A stretch of 64,000 bases of DNA from NCBI GenBank assembly GCA_963743525.1, contig CAVUQH010000004.1, positions 640,001 through 704,000 on the forward strand, given 5' to 3'. The notes below the pieces were generated by a model. It was not told the DNA's origin, did not search any database, and saw only the letters and a list, made by a program, of their open reading frames with translations. Position 1 is the first letter of the stretch, and the number at the start of each line of letters is the position of its first letter. Source of the stretch: an uncultured delta proteobacterium. GTDB lineage: Bacteria > Myxococcota_A > Polyangia > Haliangiales > Haliangiaceae. The position numbers were made by a program, and so were the translations under genes. Positions 1 through 17,094 of this stretch are shown here, one piece after another.

Positions 1-598
1 GACCCTGACCCCCGACCGCGGCCACGGCCTGGGCACCATGCGCTACGAGCTGCGCGCCTACACCCTGGCCGGCCCGCTGGCGACCCCCGGGGCCGACGGC
101 CCGCGCCCGCGCGGCGGCGGGCTGGGCGCGGCGGTCCACCGGGTGTCGCTGCGCAGCGACGACACGTTCCTCGGCTACCTGACCGAGATGTTCGGCCAGC
201 CGTACATCTGGGCCTCCACCGGCAAGCAGGCGGACGCCCTCGAGGGCTCCGACTGCGCCGACCTGATGGTCTACGGCTGGCGGCGCGCGGGTCACCAGGT
301 CGCCTACACCTGGACCGGTGCGCTGCCCAAGGTCACCCGCCTCCTGGGCAAGGGCCAGCGGGGCCCCGACGGCGTCTATCGGGACAGCCGCGGCCGCCCC
401 CTGCCGTTCACCCGGCCGGGCGACCTGATCCTGTTCCCCCGCCACGTGGGTGCGCTGGTCGCCGACCGCGGGCAAAAGGGCGTGCTCGACGACGCGGACA
501 TTCTGATGCACACCTTGTTCGCCTCGCCCAAGGAGCAGCCGCTGGCCGACACCGGCTATGCGGACCGGCCGCTCGAAGTGCGCCGCTGGCGGTTCTGA
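1..598 (+). CDS. NlpC/P60-like (papain-fold) protein, 5'-truncated by window edge
   Basis: Frame is open from position 2. 'GQPYIW...GSDCADL' followed by 'PGDLILFPRHVG' resembles the NlpC/P60 Cys...His layout. Confidence 0.55.
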   Translation, partial: TLTPDRGHGLGTMRYELRAYTLAGPLATPGADGPRPRGGGLGAAVHRVSLRSDDTFLGYLTEMFGQPYIWASTGKQADALEGSDCADLMVYGWRRAGHQVAYTWTGALPKVTRLLGKGQRGPDGVYRDSRGRPLPFTRPGDLILFPRHVGALVADRGQKGVLDDADILMHTLFASPKEQPLADTGYADRPLEVRRWRF

Positions 599-622
599 TA
601 CAATCGTCTGCCGGCGCTCGAG

Positions 623-1573
623 ATGCCCAAACGACGCAAGGAGACCCGCAAAGGGGCGGATACCCTACGTGTACCGTCGCTCGAGAGCTACCAGAGCGGC
701 GAGCGGATCGGGTCGTTGTTGGTCGTCCAGGGGGCCGAGATCGACCTGGGCCGACACGTCATGGTCGATCGGCCCACCACCATCGGGCGCGACGACGCTG
801 TCGGCCTGGCGCTGTCGGACGGCTCGATCTCGCGCCGCCACTGCCGGGTGGAGCGCGACGCCGACGCCAACATCTACGTCGTCGTCAACCTCGGCTCGAC
901 CAACGGCACGGTGGTCAACGGCCGGCGCATCGACGAACGCTATCCGCTGCGCGAGGGTGACAAGATCTTCCTCGGCGCGTCGGTGGTGAAGTTCAGCTTC
1001 TCGGACTGGGTCGACCTCGAATACCAGTCGCGGGTCGAGACGCTGGTGTCGACCGACGCCCTCACCGGGATGGCGTCGCGCCGCCAGTACGAGGTGTCGT
1101 TCGCCGCCATGGCCGAGCGCGCGGAAGCCGAGGAGTCGCTGCTGACCGTCGTGGTCATGGACATGGACGGGCTCAAGTCGATCAACGACACCCACGGCCA
1201 CCACATGGGCGGCTTCGCCATCTGCGAGGTCGCCGCGATGGTCCGCGAAGAGTTCGAGCCCCACGGTCTGGTCTGTCGTTACGGCGGCGACGAGTTCGTG
1301 GTCTGCCTGCCCGGCGTGCCCCGCCCGCGGGCGGCGGCCATGGCCGAGGTGCTGCGGCGGCGGGTCGAGAAGGCCACCTTCGTCAAGGACGCCATCGAGG
1401 TCCGGGCGACCCTGTCGATCGGTCTGGCCACCTTCCCCGGCGACTGCGAGGGACCGCTGCAGCTGTTCACCATCGCCGACCGGGCGCTGTACCGGTCCAA
1501 GCGCGAGGGCCGCAATCGGGTGTCGGCCCCGGAACAAGGCGGCGGCCAGGCACCGCCGCACACCCTGCCGTAG
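623..1573 (+). CDS. FHA-domain diguanylate cyclase
   Basis: FHA motifs (IGR, SRRH, STNG) followed by a GGDEF domain (DALTG, KSINDTHGH, RYGGDEF). Confidence 0.93.
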   Translation: MPKRRKETRKGADTLRVPSLESYQSGERIGSLLVVQGAEIDLGRHVMVDRPTTIGRDDAVGLALSDGSISRRHCRVERDADANIYVVVNLGSTNGTVVNGRRIDERYPLREGDKIFLGASVVKFSFSDWVDLEYQSRVETLVSTDALTGMASRRQYEVSFAAMAERAEAEESLLTVVVMDMDGLKSINDTHGHHMGGFAICEVAAMVREEFEPHGLVCRYGGDEFVVCLPGVPRPRAAAMAEVLRRRVEKATFVKDAIEVRATLSIGLATFPGDCEGPLQLFTIADRALYRSKREGRNRVSAPEQGGGQAPPHTLP

Positions 1574-1618
1574 CACTGCGCACGCCCGGGGCCGGACGTT
1601 CTCTGTTAGCATCCGGCC

Positions 1619-2851
1619 ATGAGCCGGGTTCGGGTGGTCTCGTCGCTTGTTGGGGTTCTTGTCGCCGCGGGCTGCGGCGGAGGCAATGGATCGGGGGCCG
1701 ACGCCGGACCGCAGGGCGCGTGTCCGGTCAAGCCGTTCACCATGGCCTTCCCCGGCGAGGAAGACCCGCAGTACTGCTCCATGAACTGGGACGGCACCAA
1801 GCCCGAGCTGGCGCTGACCGAGTGCGGCGAGGTGTTCGAGAGCTGCTCGGACACCGGCTCGGTGCCCGACTTCAGCTGCATCGACACGCCTCCCGGCGCG
1901 CCGCCAGCGACCCCGGCGACGGTGACCATGCGCGGCTACGTCAACGTCTTCTCCTCGGGACCCAACGCCGACAAGGCGCGCATCCAGGTCTTCCGCGAGA
2001 GCGACCTGGATGGTGTCGACGACATCACCACCGCCACGCCGATGACCACCTTCGACATCGGGCTCGACGCCACCACGCTCGCCTCTGCGCGCGCCTGTCC
2101 CAAGTCCAAGGACTTCATGCAGGGCCAGTGCGTGCTGCCCACCAATGACTGCGGCGGCCAGTGCGACAAGGTGCTGGGCGCCGGGCAGTTCTGCTACCAG
2201 ACCAGCTGCGAGGATCTGCAGCGGTGGGAGGTGCAGTACGAGATCCCCGACGTCCCGACCAACACCTTCCTGGTGATCCGCACCGTCGGTCTCGACGCGC
2301 AGGGACAGCCGCAGGTGCGCGGCAACACCTGGGCGCCGATGGTCCAGTACAACGCCTACTTCGCCACCAACGATCACGCCTGTGCCGACGCGCTGGATCT
2401 CGACTGCATCGACGACAGCGGCGCGACGCCGATCTATCAGGTCAACGTCAACCTGCTGTCGTCGCAGGACTACATGACCATCCCGACCACCGCGGGGCTG
2501 TCCGCCGGCGTGCCGCCGGGCCACGGCGCCTTCGCCGGCGAGGTCCACGACTGCAACGGTGTCCGCGTGCAGCACGCTCAGGTCGGCTTCACCCCCGGTC
2601 GCGACCCCAGCAAGCTGGTCTTCTTCAACGGCAACCCGGTCTCCACCCTGCCGCGCATCCAGCAGGCCGCCGACGGCACCGACCCGCTGGGGCTCTACGC
2701 CGGCCTCGACGACGAGCCCGGCCCGATCGATCTGGTCGCCATCGGCAACCAGGGCGGCACCGTCCGCGAGATCGGCCGCTTCACCGCCCGCGTCTGGCCC
2801 GACAGCGTCACCCTGGTCCGCATCGGCGGCGGCCGCCCACCGCAGCCGTAG
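1619..2851 (+). CDS. Cys-rich lipoprotein of unknown function
   Basis: Signal peptide ending VAAGC (lipobox-like), many Cys residues, host-like codon usage. Confidence 0.75.
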   Translation: MSRVRVVSSLVGVLVAAGCGGGNGSGADAGPQGACPVKPFTMAFPGEEDPQYCSMNWDGTKPELALTECGEVFESCSDTGSVPDFSCIDTPPGAPPATPATVTMRGYVNVFSSGPNADKARIQVFRESDLDGVDDITTATPMTTFDIGLDATTLASARACPKSKDFMQGQCVLPTNDCGGQCDKVLGAGQFCYQTSCEDLQRWEVQYEIPDVPTNTFLVIRTVGLDAQGQPQVRGNTWAPMVQYNAYFATNDHACADALDLDCIDDSGATPIYQVNVNLLSSQDYMTIPTTAGLSAGVPPGHGAFAGEVHDCNGVRVQHAQVGFTPGRDPSKLVFFNGNPVSTLPRIQQAADGTDPLGLYAGLDDEPGPIDLVAIGNQGGTVREIGRFTARVWPDSVTLVRIGGGRPPQP

Positions 2852-2868
2852 CCCCGGTCGGGCCCGGC

Positions 2869-4194
<1,326 letters not shown>

Positions 4195-4226
4195 GGCTCC
4201 TCCTGGCCGGTTTGTACCACGCGGTC

Positions 4227-4817
4227 TCAGGTCGAGATATCGACCACGCCCGGTCGAATCACCGTCAGGCTGCCGTCTTCGGCCACCGCGACCACCGTCG
4301 ATGCCGTGCTCGCCGCCGCCGGCCCGCCGTCGAGGTACATCGACACCCGGTCGCCGAAATAGCCGCGGGCGGTGTTGACGTCCAGGGCCGGGGGCGATCC
4401 CGACGGGTTGGCGCTGGTCGCGGTGATCGGGGCGCCCAGCGCCGCCGCCAGCGCGTGAGCCACCGGGTGCGGCGACACCCGCACGCCGACGCCGCCGCCG
4501 GGGCCGACCACCTCGGCCGGCAGATCGGCGCGGGCCGGCACGACCAGCGTCAGCGCCCCCGGCCAGTGGCGGACCGCCAACGCCTGGGCCGCATCTGGCC
4601 ACACCCGCGCCAGCGTCCGCGCGGCCTGCGCGTCGTGCGCGATCATGGCGAACGGCGCGCGCGGATCGCGCCCCTTGAGCGCGACCAGACGCGCCAGGGC
4701 GCCCGGCGCGCGCAGGTCGGCGGCCAGCCCGTAGGTGGTCTCGGTCGGGAAGCAGACCAGCTCGCCGCGGCCGAGGCGCTCGGCCGCCTCGGCGATCGCG
4801 GCCTGCGCGTCGTTCAC
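4227..4817 (-). CDS. tsaC: L-threonylcarbamoyladenylate synthase (TsaC/Sua5/YrdC)
   Basis: [30 protein letters not shown] start overlaps the purE stop (GTGA). Confidence 0.92.
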   Translation of the reverse strand: MNDAQAAIAEAAERLGRGELVCFPTETTYGLAADLRAPGALARLVALKGRDPRAPFAMIAHDAQAARTLARVWPDAAQALAVRHWPGALTLVVPARADLPAEVVGPGGGVGVRVSPHPVAHALAAALGAPITATSANPSGSPPALDVNTARGYFGDRVSMYLDGGPAAASTASTVVAVAEDGSLTVIRPGVVDIST

Positions 4818-5308
4818 ACGCCGCCCTGGAGCGACTCGTCGTCGGCGATGACCTTGTCGGTCATCCGCTTGCGCTCGGCCTCGACCCGCGAGGCGACGTC
4901 GGCGTCGGAGACGGCGATGATCTGCGCGGCCAGCAGCGCGCCGTTGTGCGCGCCGTCGACCGCGACCGTGGCCACCGGCATGCCCCGCGGCATCTGCACC
5001 GTGGCCAGCAGCGCATCCTGGCCGGCCAGCGGCGTCCGCGCCAGCGGCACGCCGACCACCGGCAGGGTCGTCTGCCCGGCGACCGCGCCGGCCAGGTGGG
5101 CGGCACCGCCGGCGGCGCAGATGATCACCTGGATGCCGCGCTCGCGGGCGTTGCGCGCGAACTCGGCCGTCCGCTCGGGCGTGCGGTGCGCCGACAGGAC
5201 CCGCACCTCGTGCGCTATCCCGAGCTTCTGCAGCAGCTCGGAGGCAGGTTTCATCAGCTCGAGGTCCGACTTGGACCCCATGAGAATGGCGACTCGTGAC
5301 GTGCTCAT
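4814..5308 (-). CDS. purE: N5-carboxyaminoimidazole ribonucleotide mutase
   Basis: [33 protein letters not shown]. Confidence 0.97.
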   Translation of the reverse strand: MSTSRVAILMGSKSDLELMKPASELLQKLGIAHEVRVLSAHRTPERTAEFARNARERGIQVIICAAGGAAHLAGAVAGQTTLPVVGVPLARTPLAGQDALLATVQMPRGMPVATVAVDGAHNGALLAAQIIAVSDADVASRVEAERKRMTDKVIADDESLQGGV

Positions 5309-6585
5309 TATTTGGTCCTCGTGCTCGTGGTCGGGCGCGCGCCAATATCACGGCGGTATTGCATCCCGCGGAAGTGGATCCCTTCGACAGCCGAGTAAGC
5401 TCGCGCCCGGGCCTCGTCAAGTCCGTCGGCCATCGCGGTCACTCCCAGCACCCGGCCGCCGCTGGTGAACAGCTGCTCGCCGCGGCGCTGGGTGCCGGCG
5501 TGGAAGACCACGACATCGTCGCCCTCGACCGCGTCGATCCCCGTGATTTCGTCACCTTTGGCCGGTGATGCCGGATAGCCCTCGGCCGCCAGCACCACGC
5601 AGACCGCGGTCCGCGGGTCCCACTCGATGTGGCCGTCGGGCAGGTGCCCGGCGGCGGCGCCGGCCAACCATTCGCCCGGGTCGCTGCCGAAGCGGCGCAT
5701 CACCGGCTGGGTCTCGGGGTCGCCGAAGCGACAATTGTACTCGAGCAGCCACGGCGTGCCGTCGGGAGCGACCATCAGACCGGCGTACAGCACGCCGCGG
5801 TAGTCGATGCCGTCGGCGCGCAGGCCAGCCACCGTCGGGTCGAAGATCTCGCGGGCCGCCCGCTCGATGAGCTCGGCGCTGGCCCACGGCGCCGGCGACA
5901 CCGTGCCCATGCCGCCGGTGTTGGGCCCCTCGTCGCCGTCGAAGATCGCCTTGTGGTCCTCGGCCTGGGCCAGGATCTCGTAGCGCTCGCCATCGGTGAG
6001 GGCCATGACCGACAGCTCCTGGCCGATCAGCTTGCGCTCGACGACGACGCGAGCGCCGGCGTCGCCAAACGCTCGGTCGTCGATCATCAGCCGGGCCGCG
6101 GCGCGGGCCTCGTCGGTGGTCGAGCAGACGACCACGCCCTTGCCCGCGGCCAGGCCGTCGGCCTTGACCACCACGTCGCCGCCCATTCGCTCGATGGCGG
6201 CGTCGGCGTCGGCGACCGAGTCGCAGACCGCGAACTCGGCCGTGCGGATGCCGTGGCGCTGGAAGAACAGCTTGGAGAAGCTCTTGCTGCCCTCGAGCTG
6301 GGCGCCCCTGGCCGACGGTCCGAAAACGGCGATGCCGCCGGCGCGCAGGCGGTCGGCCAGGCCGGCGACCAGCGGCGCCTCGGGACCGACGACCACCAGG
6401 TCGACGGCGCGCTCGCGGGCCAGCTGCTCCAGCCCGTCGACATCACCCGCGCCCACGGCGACGCAGTCTGCGACCGCCGCGATGCCGGGGTTGCCCGGCG
6501 CCGCGACCACCTCGTGACCGGCCCGCGCCAGCCGCCAGGCCAGCGCGTGCTCGCGTCCTCCACCGCCGACGACCAGGACTCGCAT
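5308..6585 (-). CDS. purD: phosphoribosylamine-glycine ligase
   Basis: [50 protein letters not shown]. Confidence 0.98.
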   Translation of the reverse strand: MRVLVVGGGGREHALAWRLARAGHEVVAAPGNPGIAAVADCVAVGAGDVDGLEQLARERAVDLVVVGPEAPLVAGLADRLRAGGIAVFGPSARGAQLEGSKSFSKLFFQRHGIRTAEFAVCDSVADADAAIERMGGDVVVKADGLAAGKGVVVCSTTDEARAAARLMIDDRAFGDAGARVVVERKLIGQELSVMALTDGERYEILAQAEDHKAIFDGDEGPNTGGMGTVSPAPWASAELIERAAREIFDPTVAGLRADGIDYRGVLYAGLMVAPDGTPWLLEYNCRFGDPETQPVMRRFGSDPGEWLAGAAAGHLPDGHIEWDPRTAVCVVLAAEGYPASPAKGDEITGIDAVEGDDVVVFHAGTQRRGEQLFTSGGRVLGVTAMADGLDEARARAYSAVEGIHFRGMQYRRDIGARPTTSTRTK

Positions 6586-6592
6586 GGCCGAC

Positions 6593-8173
6593 CTAGTGAC
6601 GGAAGTGGCGCATGCCGGTGAAGATCATCGCCAGGCCGTGCTCGTCGCAGGCGTCGATGACCTCCTGATCGCGAACCGAGCCGCCCGGCTGGATCACCGC
6701 CACCGCGCCGGCTTCGGCCAGCACGTCGATGTTGTCGCGGAACGGGAAGAAGGCATCGGAGGCGACCACGCTGCCGGCCAGCGGCATCTCGGCCTTCATC
6801 CGCGCCAGCTTGACCGCGTCGACCCGCGACATCTGTCCGGCGCCGATCGCGGTGGTGTGGGTGCCGCTGCAGAAGACGATGGCGTTCGACTTGACGTGCT
6901 TGCACACGCGCCAGCCGAAGTCCATGGCCGCCAGCTCGGCGGCGGTCGGCTGCCGCTTGGTCACGACCTTGGCGTCGCGCGCGGCGATCATCTGCAAGTC
7001 GGCCGACTGCACCAGCAGGCCGCCGGCGACCGTGCGCATGGCCCAGCCGCGGTCGGTCGGCGAGGTGCGCAGCGGGCCGGTGGCGACCAGGCGCAGGTTC
7101 TTCTTCTTGGCCAGCACCTCGCGGGCGGCGGCGGTGTAGCTGGGCGCGACCACGCACTCGAGGAAGGTCTCGACCAGCTGCTCGGCCAGGTCGGCGTCGA
7201 GCTCGCGGTTGACCGCGACGATGCCGCCGAACGACGACGTCGGATCGGTCGCCCTCGCCTGCTGGTAGGCGGCGGCGATGCCCGCCTCGTCGACCGCGAT
7301 GCCGCACGGGTTGGTGTGCTTGACGACCACTGCGGTCGGCCCCTCGAACTCGATGCACGCCGCCATGGCGGCGTCGAGGTCGAGGATGTTGTTGTAGCTG
7401 AGCGCCTTGCCCTGCAGCACCTCGGCGCCGGCCAGGGTCGGCCGGTCGCCCGAGCGCGGCAGCGGCGACGCGCCATCGCGGTAGAACGCCGCGGTCTGGT
7501 GCGGGTTCTCGCCGTAGCGCAGCACCAGCTCGCGCTCGAACTGCACCGTCAGCGTGCCGGGGAGCTCGGAACGGCTGCCGTCCTCCTCGAGTGAGGTCAG
7601 GTAGGCGGCGATGGCTCCGTCGTAGGCGGCCGTGCGGATGAACACCTTCTTGGCCAGCGACACGCGCGTGGCGTCGGAGACCGCGCCACCGCCGGCGTCC
7701 ATCTCGGCGAGGATCGTCGCGTAGTCGTCGGGGTCGACCACGACGGTGACCCGCTCGTGGTTCTTGGCCGCCGAGCGCAGCATCGACGGTCCGCCGATGT
7801 CGATGTTCTCGATGGCGTCCTCGAAGCTGACGTCCGGCTTGGCCACCGTCGACTCGAACGGGTACAGGTTGACCGCCACCAGATCGATCGGCTCGATCTG
7901 ATTGGCCGCCATCTGCGCCCGGTGATCGTCGGTGTCCCGGCCCAGCAGGCCGCCGTGGATCTTCGGGTGCAGGGTCTTGACCCGGCCGTCGAGGATCTCC
8001 GGCGCGCCGGTGTGATCCGAGATGGCGACGGTCTCGATTCCGGCCTCGTTGAGAGCCCGGGCGGTACCGCCGGTGGAAAGGATCTCAACGCCGTGTCGCG
8101 CGAGACCGCGGGCGAAGTCGACCAGTCCTCGTTTGTCCGAAACGCTGAGGATGGCCCGCCGAATCTTGGTCAT
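6593..8173 (-). CDS. purH: bifunctional AICAR formyltransferase / IMP cyclohydrolase
   Basis: [57 protein letters not shown]. Confidence 0.98.
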   Translation of the reverse strand: MTKIRRAILSVSDKRGLVDFARGLARHGVEILSTGGTARALNEAGIETVAISDHTGAPEILDGRVKTLHPKIHGGLLGRDTDDHRAQMAANQIEPIDLVAVNLYPFESTVAKPDVSFEDAIENIDIGGPSMLRSAAKNHERVTVVVDPDDYATILAEMDAGGGAVSDATRVSLAKKVFIRTAAYDGAIAAYLTSLEEDGSRSELPGTLTVQFERELVLRYGENPHQTAAFYRDGASPLPRSGDRPTLAGAEVLQGKALSYNNILDLDAAMAACIEFEGPTAVVVKHTNPCGIAVDEAGIAAAYQQARATDPTSSFGGIVAVNRELDADLAEQLVETFLECVVAPSYTAAAREVLAKKKNLRLVATGPLRTSPTDRGWAMRTVAGGLLVQSADLQMIAARDAKVVTKRQPTAAELAAMDFGWRVCKHVKSNAIVFCSGTHTTAIGAGQMSRVDAVKLARMKAEMPLAGSVVASDAFFPFRDNIDVLAEAGAVAVIQPGGSVRDQEVIDACDEHGLAMIFTGMRHFRH

Positions 8174-8206
8174 CGAGGTGTGCCTCCGGGTGGGGAGGCA
8201 CCCTCT

Positions 8207-8804
<598 letters not shown>

Positions 8805-8830
8805 GCGTCCCTCCTTGCTCCAGGCGACAG

Positions 8831-9607
8831 TCACAACAAGTCCTCGGCACTCCCCGCAGCGCCGGTGCTCCGGTAGTGGTCCTTGCTCGGCGCTTGCGTG
8901 CGGCGGGCGAGCCCGTCGATGCGCTCGAGCAAGTCGTCGGCGGTCTTGCGCGCCTCGTCGATCTCACGCTTGAGATCGCGGCGCGTCTTGGCGTCGAAGC
9001 GCGGGCTCTGGGCTTCTTTGTCGAAGCGCGACAGCACTTCGCCCAGGCCCTCCTCCAGGCTCTCGATGATGTCGGTGAACCGGAGGAACTGCTCCTGAAT
9101 CTCTTCGATGGTGTGGCCCTCGCCCATCAGGCGCTTGATCGCGTTGATGCGCCGGACGGTGCGGGCCGGGTACATGCCCATCGAGCCGCGGTGCTTGCCC
9201 TTGCGACCGACGCGGCGGCTGCGCGGCAACAGGCCCTGCTGCACGTACTTGCGGAAGGTCGCCTCGGAGAAGCGGACCCCACGTGAAACGAAGATGTCGA
9301 CCGCCTGCACGGCGGTGATGCCGTCGGGATGAGCGGCCTCGAGCTCGCGCAGCTCTTCGTCGCTGAGCAGCCCCTTCTTGGAGGAGGAGCCCGAACCACC
9401 GCGCCCGCCGCCGCCGCCACCGGAGCGACGGGAGTGAGCAGCCAGGCTCGCGACCAGGGCACTCGCGCGACGCGCACCAGCGCCCGCCATCTCGATCTCG
9501 AACAGCGCTGCGCTGCTCGCCGGTGCGGCGGCATCGGTGCCCGTCTGTCGCTTACCGCGACCAAGTGACGCCGCGCGATGCGACGCCTGCGAATCACCCA
9601 GGCTCAA
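8831..9607 (-). CDS. MerR-like transcriptional regulator (start uncertain)
   Basis: [19 protein letters not shown]...[25 protein letters not shown] winged-helix pattern followed by a coiled coil. Confidence 0.82.
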   Translation of the reverse strand: MSLGDSQASHRAASLGRGKRQTGTDAAAPASSAALFEIEMAGAGARRASALVASLAAHSRRSGGGGGGRGGSGSSSKKGLLSDEELRELEAAHPDGITAVQAVDIFVSRGVRFSEATFRKYVQQGLLPRSRRVGRKGKHRGSMGMYPARTVRRINAIKRLMGEGHTIEEIQEQFLRFTDIIESLEEGLGEVLSRFDKEAQSPRFDAKTRRDLKREIDEARKTADDLLERIDGLARRTQAPSKDHYRSTGAAGSAEDLL

Positions 9608-9718
9608 GCGTATCCCCCCGAAGATCAGTCCGTCAGAAACCGGGCAGCGTTGATGGCGCTAGAAACTTGCTCTGTACAGGTCATCGTATGACCAGTATCA
9701 GCTCCCCGATGTCCTGTG

Positions 9719-9747
9719 ACTGTAGTCCACTGAATGTAGTCGGTCAA
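9719..9747 (-). promoter_or_regulatory. sigma70-type promoter for the MerR-like gene
   Basis: Minus strand TTGACC-N17-TACAGT in an AT-richer intergenic region, overlapped by the direct repeat GACTACA(T/G)TCA. Confidence 0.6.
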
Positions 9748-9841
9748 CAATACACGGGGAAATAGAGTCCAGTTTTTCGCTGTGATTTTGTTCAGGTACA
9801 GCGCGCGGCCGCTGCGACGATCGGCGAGTCGAGCTACCCTC

Positions 9842-10429
9842 GTGGCGGTGCGTTCCGTCTTCTTCGCCGCCGCCGCGTTCGCGTTGATCGCGTCGCTCGT
9901 CTCCGACGGTGCGCGCGCCGAAATCGAGGGCGACCGCTTCACCTCCGACGACTGGCACGTCACTCTGCGCGCGCCGTCGCACTGGCAGATCAGCGAGCGG
10001 ACCTCGTACCCGAACGTGCTCCTGTGGATGACCCACGCCGAGCCAGAGGGGCGCATGTTGCTCAGCGCCGAAGTGCGCGGCGACGACGGCGACGCCGAGG
10101 CCTACGCCAAGGCGACCTCGGCGGTGCTGGTGCAGCTCGGCTTCACCGTGCGCGCACCGCAGCGCCACGCCGCCACCGGCGCCTACTACTTCGACTTCGA
10201 CAACTGCGGCGACGCCACCGACTGCACCGGCAAGGTGTTCATGCGCCAGGCGTTCCTGGTGTCGGGCAAGATCGGCTACGCGTTGACTCTCGCCACCCCC
10301 GACGTGCACAGCCGCGGGCGCCTGCTGCGCGCCTTCGACTTCGCGCTCACACACATCCAGATCGATCGAACCGGCGCCGCCGCGCCGCAGCCGACACCAC
10401 CGCCAACGCCGCCGGAGCCGCCCAAGTGA
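9842..10429 (+). CDS. exported hypothetical protein (start uncertain)
   Basis: Signal-peptide-like N-terminus and Pro-rich C-terminus. Stop overlaps the next start (GTGA). Confidence 0.7.
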   Translation: MAVRSVFFAAAAFALIASLVSDGARAEIEGDRFTSDDWHVTLRAPSHWQISERTSYPNVLLWMTHAEPEGRMLLSAEVRGDDGDAEAYAKATSAVLVQLGFTVRAPQRHAATGAYYFDFDNCGDATDCTGKVFMRQAFLVSGKIGYALTLATPDVHSRGRLLRAFDFALTHIQIDRTGAAAPQPTPPPTPPEPPK

Positions 10430-11346
10430 ACGATCTCTTCGACAGCCCCGAGCGGGTGGCCGAGGCGCTGCGCGCCGTCGGCTACATCGCCGACTCGCAG
10501 GTGGCGACCACCGCCTTCCTCGCCGCCGCACTGGACAAACCGATCCTGGCCGAAGGCCCGGCCGGCGTGGGCAAGACCGAGCTGGCCAAAGCCCTGGCGC
10601 AGGCGATGGATACCGAGCTGGTGCGCCTGCAGTGCTACGAGGGCCTCGACGAGGCCAAGACGCTGTACGAGTGGAAGTACCCCAAGCAGCTGCTCTACAC
10701 CCAGATGCTGCGCGACGAGATCGGCCAGGTGACCGCCGGCGCCACGTCGCTGGCCGAGGCGGTCAACCGCATCGCCGGGCAGGAGGACGCCTTCTTCTCC
10801 GAGCGCTTCCTCGAGGCGCGACCACTGCTTCGCGCCATCCGCGCGCCCCAGCGGGTGGTCCTGTTGATCGACGAGGTTGACCGCGCCGAAGACGAGCTCG
10901 AGGCGTTCTTTCTCGAAGTGCTGGCCGAGTTCCAGGTGACGGTGCCCGAGCTGGGCACGCTGCGCGCCGTGCACCGGCCGATCGCGGTGGTCACCTCGAA
11001 CAACACCCGCGAGCTGTCGGACGCGTTGCGCCGGCGCTGCCTGTACTTGCCGATGACCTACCCGTCGGCTGAGCGCGAGGCCGAGATCGTCGAGACCCGG
11101 GTGCCCGGCGTGGCCGCGGCGCTGGCGACACAGCTGGCCGACTTCGTCGCCCGCCTGCGCACCCTCGACCTGAAGAAGGCGCCCAGCATCTCCGAGACCA
11201 TCGACTGGGCTCGCGCGCTGGTGGTGATGTCGGTCAACGCGCTGTCGGCCGACGCCGTGCGCGACACGCTCAACCTGCTGCTCAAGTACGAGGGCGACCT
11301 CGAGGTGGCGCGCGGCACGCCCGGATTATTCGCCACCACCGCGTAG
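10426..11346 (+). CDS. MoxR-family AAA+ ATPase (CoxD-like)
   Basis: EGPAGVGKTELA, RLQCYEGLDE, LLIDEVDR, TSNNTRELSDALRRRC. Confidence 0.93.
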   Translation: MNDLFDSPERVAEALRAVGYIADSQVATTAFLAAALDKPILAEGPAGVGKTELAKALAQAMDTELVRLQCYEGLDEAKTLYEWKYPKQLLYTQMLRDEIGQVTAGATSLAEAVNRIAGQEDAFFSERFLEARPLLRAIRAPQRVVLLIDEVDRAEDELEAFFLEVLAEFQVTVPELGTLRAVHRPIAVVTSNNTRELSDALRRRCLYLPMTYPSAEREAEIVETRVPGVAAALATQLADFVARLRTLDLKKAPSISETIDWARALVVMSVNALSADAVRDTLNLLLKYEGDLEVARGTPGLFATTA

Positions 11347-11348
11347 CG

Positions 11349-11434
11349 AGGGCGTAGCTGCGCGAGCAGATTGGGCCGCACCCCCGCAGCGAACGAGGGA
11401 GCGGGCTGAAGCCCGTGACCGAGTGAGCGAGGAG
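11349..11434 (+). repeat. dispersed ~86-bp intergenic repeat, copy 1
   Basis: Aligns with the reverse complement of 43249-43335. Shared core GGCCGCACCCCCGCAGCGA and terminal GAGCGAGGAG. Confidence 0.8.
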
Positions 11435-11468
11435 CTACGGCACAATGATCCGGGCAAGGCCGCCGAGA

Positions 11469-12380
11469 TCACTGACGCGGTACGAAACCGCGGAACGGCA
11501 GCGAGCTGAGGCTGAGCATCGCCGGCATCTGTGACAGCTGCGCGCCGGGAATCGGCAGCGTGGCGACCAGGCTGCGGCGGGCGTGCTCGATGTATTTGCG
11601 ATCGCGCCCCGTCCACCACAAGCGGCCGTAGTCCTGACAGCCGGCCTGCGCGTCCGATGCCGAGCAGTAGATGCGCACGTGGAAATGGTCGTCGTGGGCG
11701 GCGGCGCCGATCGGCTGGCGCACGATGTAGGTCGCGGCGTCGACCACATCCCTGGGCTCGCCGATCGAGGTGGCGTAGTCGATCATCTTTTGCTTGAGCC
11801 AGTCGGCGACGAAGATGTACTGCACGTCGGCGGCCGGGTTCTCGAGCACCGCTCGAACCAGCGCCCAGTTGCGCTGGACGTCGAAGTGATAGGTCGGCAG
11901 AGCCTGGCCGGTGGCCGGATCGAGGCCGGGTCGGGTGACGCCGTTCTCGTCCATCTTGCGCATGTCGTCCCACCGCACCGGTTTGCCGCGCGCGTCGGTG
12001 ACGAAGTAGACGAGGTCGACGTCCCGCCCGGTCTGGTGCGATGCGTGCCAGCGGGTCGGCCCGCCGCGGCGGGGCGAGATGTCGGCCACCGCCAGCGCGC
12101 TGCCGGGATAGGCGGCGGCGATGCGGCGGCCGGCGTAGGCGATGAGGCCCATCATCTCATCGGTGCCCCAGTTGTTGCCCCGCTGGTCCCAGCGCGGCGG
12201 GACGTAGAAGCCGTCGCCCCGGCGCGGCAGCTTCTGCGGATTGATCAGCTTGCCGGCGTTGGCCGGGCCCCAGGAGATACTGGTGCCGTCGTCGATGACG
12301 CCGTAGCGCGGACAGCCGGCGAGCCCCAGCGCGGCCACAGCCAGCGCCGCCGCGAGCCACCTGCTCCCTCCGCGCGGCAT
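11469..12380 (-). CDS. MepA-like (penicillin-insensitive murein endopeptidase) lipoprotein
   Basis: Lipobox LAGC; ADISPRRGG, HASHQTGRDVD and HDDHFHVR LAS-type metallopeptidase motifs. Confidence 0.85.
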   Translation of the reverse strand: MPRGGSRWLAAALAVAALGLAGCPRYGVIDDGTSISWGPANAGKLINPQKLPRRGDGFYVPPRWDQRGNNWGTDEMMGLIAYAGRRIAAAYPGSALAVADISPRRGGPTRWHASHQTGRDVDLVYFVTDARGKPVRWDDMRKMDENGVTRPGLDPATGQALPTYHFDVQRNWALVRAVLENPAADVQYIFVADWLKQKMIDYATSIGEPRDVVDAATYIVRQPIGAAAHDDHFHVRIYCSASDAQAGCQDYGRLWWTGRDRKYIEHARRSLVATLPIPGAQLSQMPAMLSLSSLPFRGFVPRQ

Positions 12381-12414
12381 ACCTCTATTAATGAACGCGA
12401 CCGGCGGCGGAGGC

Positions 12415-12451
12415 AAAAAAGAAAACCCTCCCCCGCTTCCGGGGGAGGGTT
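12415..12451 (-). terminator. intrinsic terminator after dnaK
   Basis: Minus strand AACCCTCCCCCG-GAAG-CGGGGGAGGGTT followed by TTCTTTTTT. Confidence 0.9.
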
Positions 12452-12475
12452 GGATGACAGGTAGGACAGGGTCGC

Positions 12476-14398
<1,923 letters not shown>

Positions 14399-14453
14399 AT
14401 TTCAAATCCTCGTTTTCAGCCGAGAGTTGAGTGCTGTTTTTGGTTCGCTGGCA

Positions 14454-14482
14454 AACCTAAGCACGAGGTAACGACCCGTCAA
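14454..14482 (-). promoter_or_regulatory. sigma70-type promoter for dnaK
   Basis: Minus strand TTGACG-N17-TAGGTT in the lon-dnaK spacer. Confidence 0.55.
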
Positions 14483-14496
14483 CCCTGGCAACTGCC

Positions 14497-16935
<2,439 letters not shown>

Positions 16936-17052
16936 GCTCGCGAACGTATTGCCCGCACGTTCGCCCGTCAAGCTGACCAGGCGGCTGGGATCATCCGGAT
17001 AACCCGAGGGGCAGCCCCCGTTTTTGCTTGTGTCGGTGGAGGAATCACGCTA

Positions 17053-17091
17053 TTGGTCAGACCAACTGCACGACCAATTGGTAAGACCAAT
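17053..17091. promoter_or_regulatory. tandem FadR/GntR-family operators
   Basis: TTGGTCAGACCAA (17053-17065) and AATTGGTAAGACCAAT (17076-17091) match the TGGT-N3-ACCA PdhR/LldR-type palindrome and lie directly before the GntR gene. Confidence 0.85.
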
Positions 17092-17094
17092 CTC

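Noticed and set aside
9275..9290. parS-like sequence CACGTGAAACG
   Set aside because: Only one arm matches the 16-bp parS palindrome, and it lies inside a coding region far from parAB.
14429..14436. Possible CIRCE (HrcA) element before dnaK
   Set aside because: Only one half-site (GAGTGCTG) is present; there is no partner half-site at 9-bp spacing.
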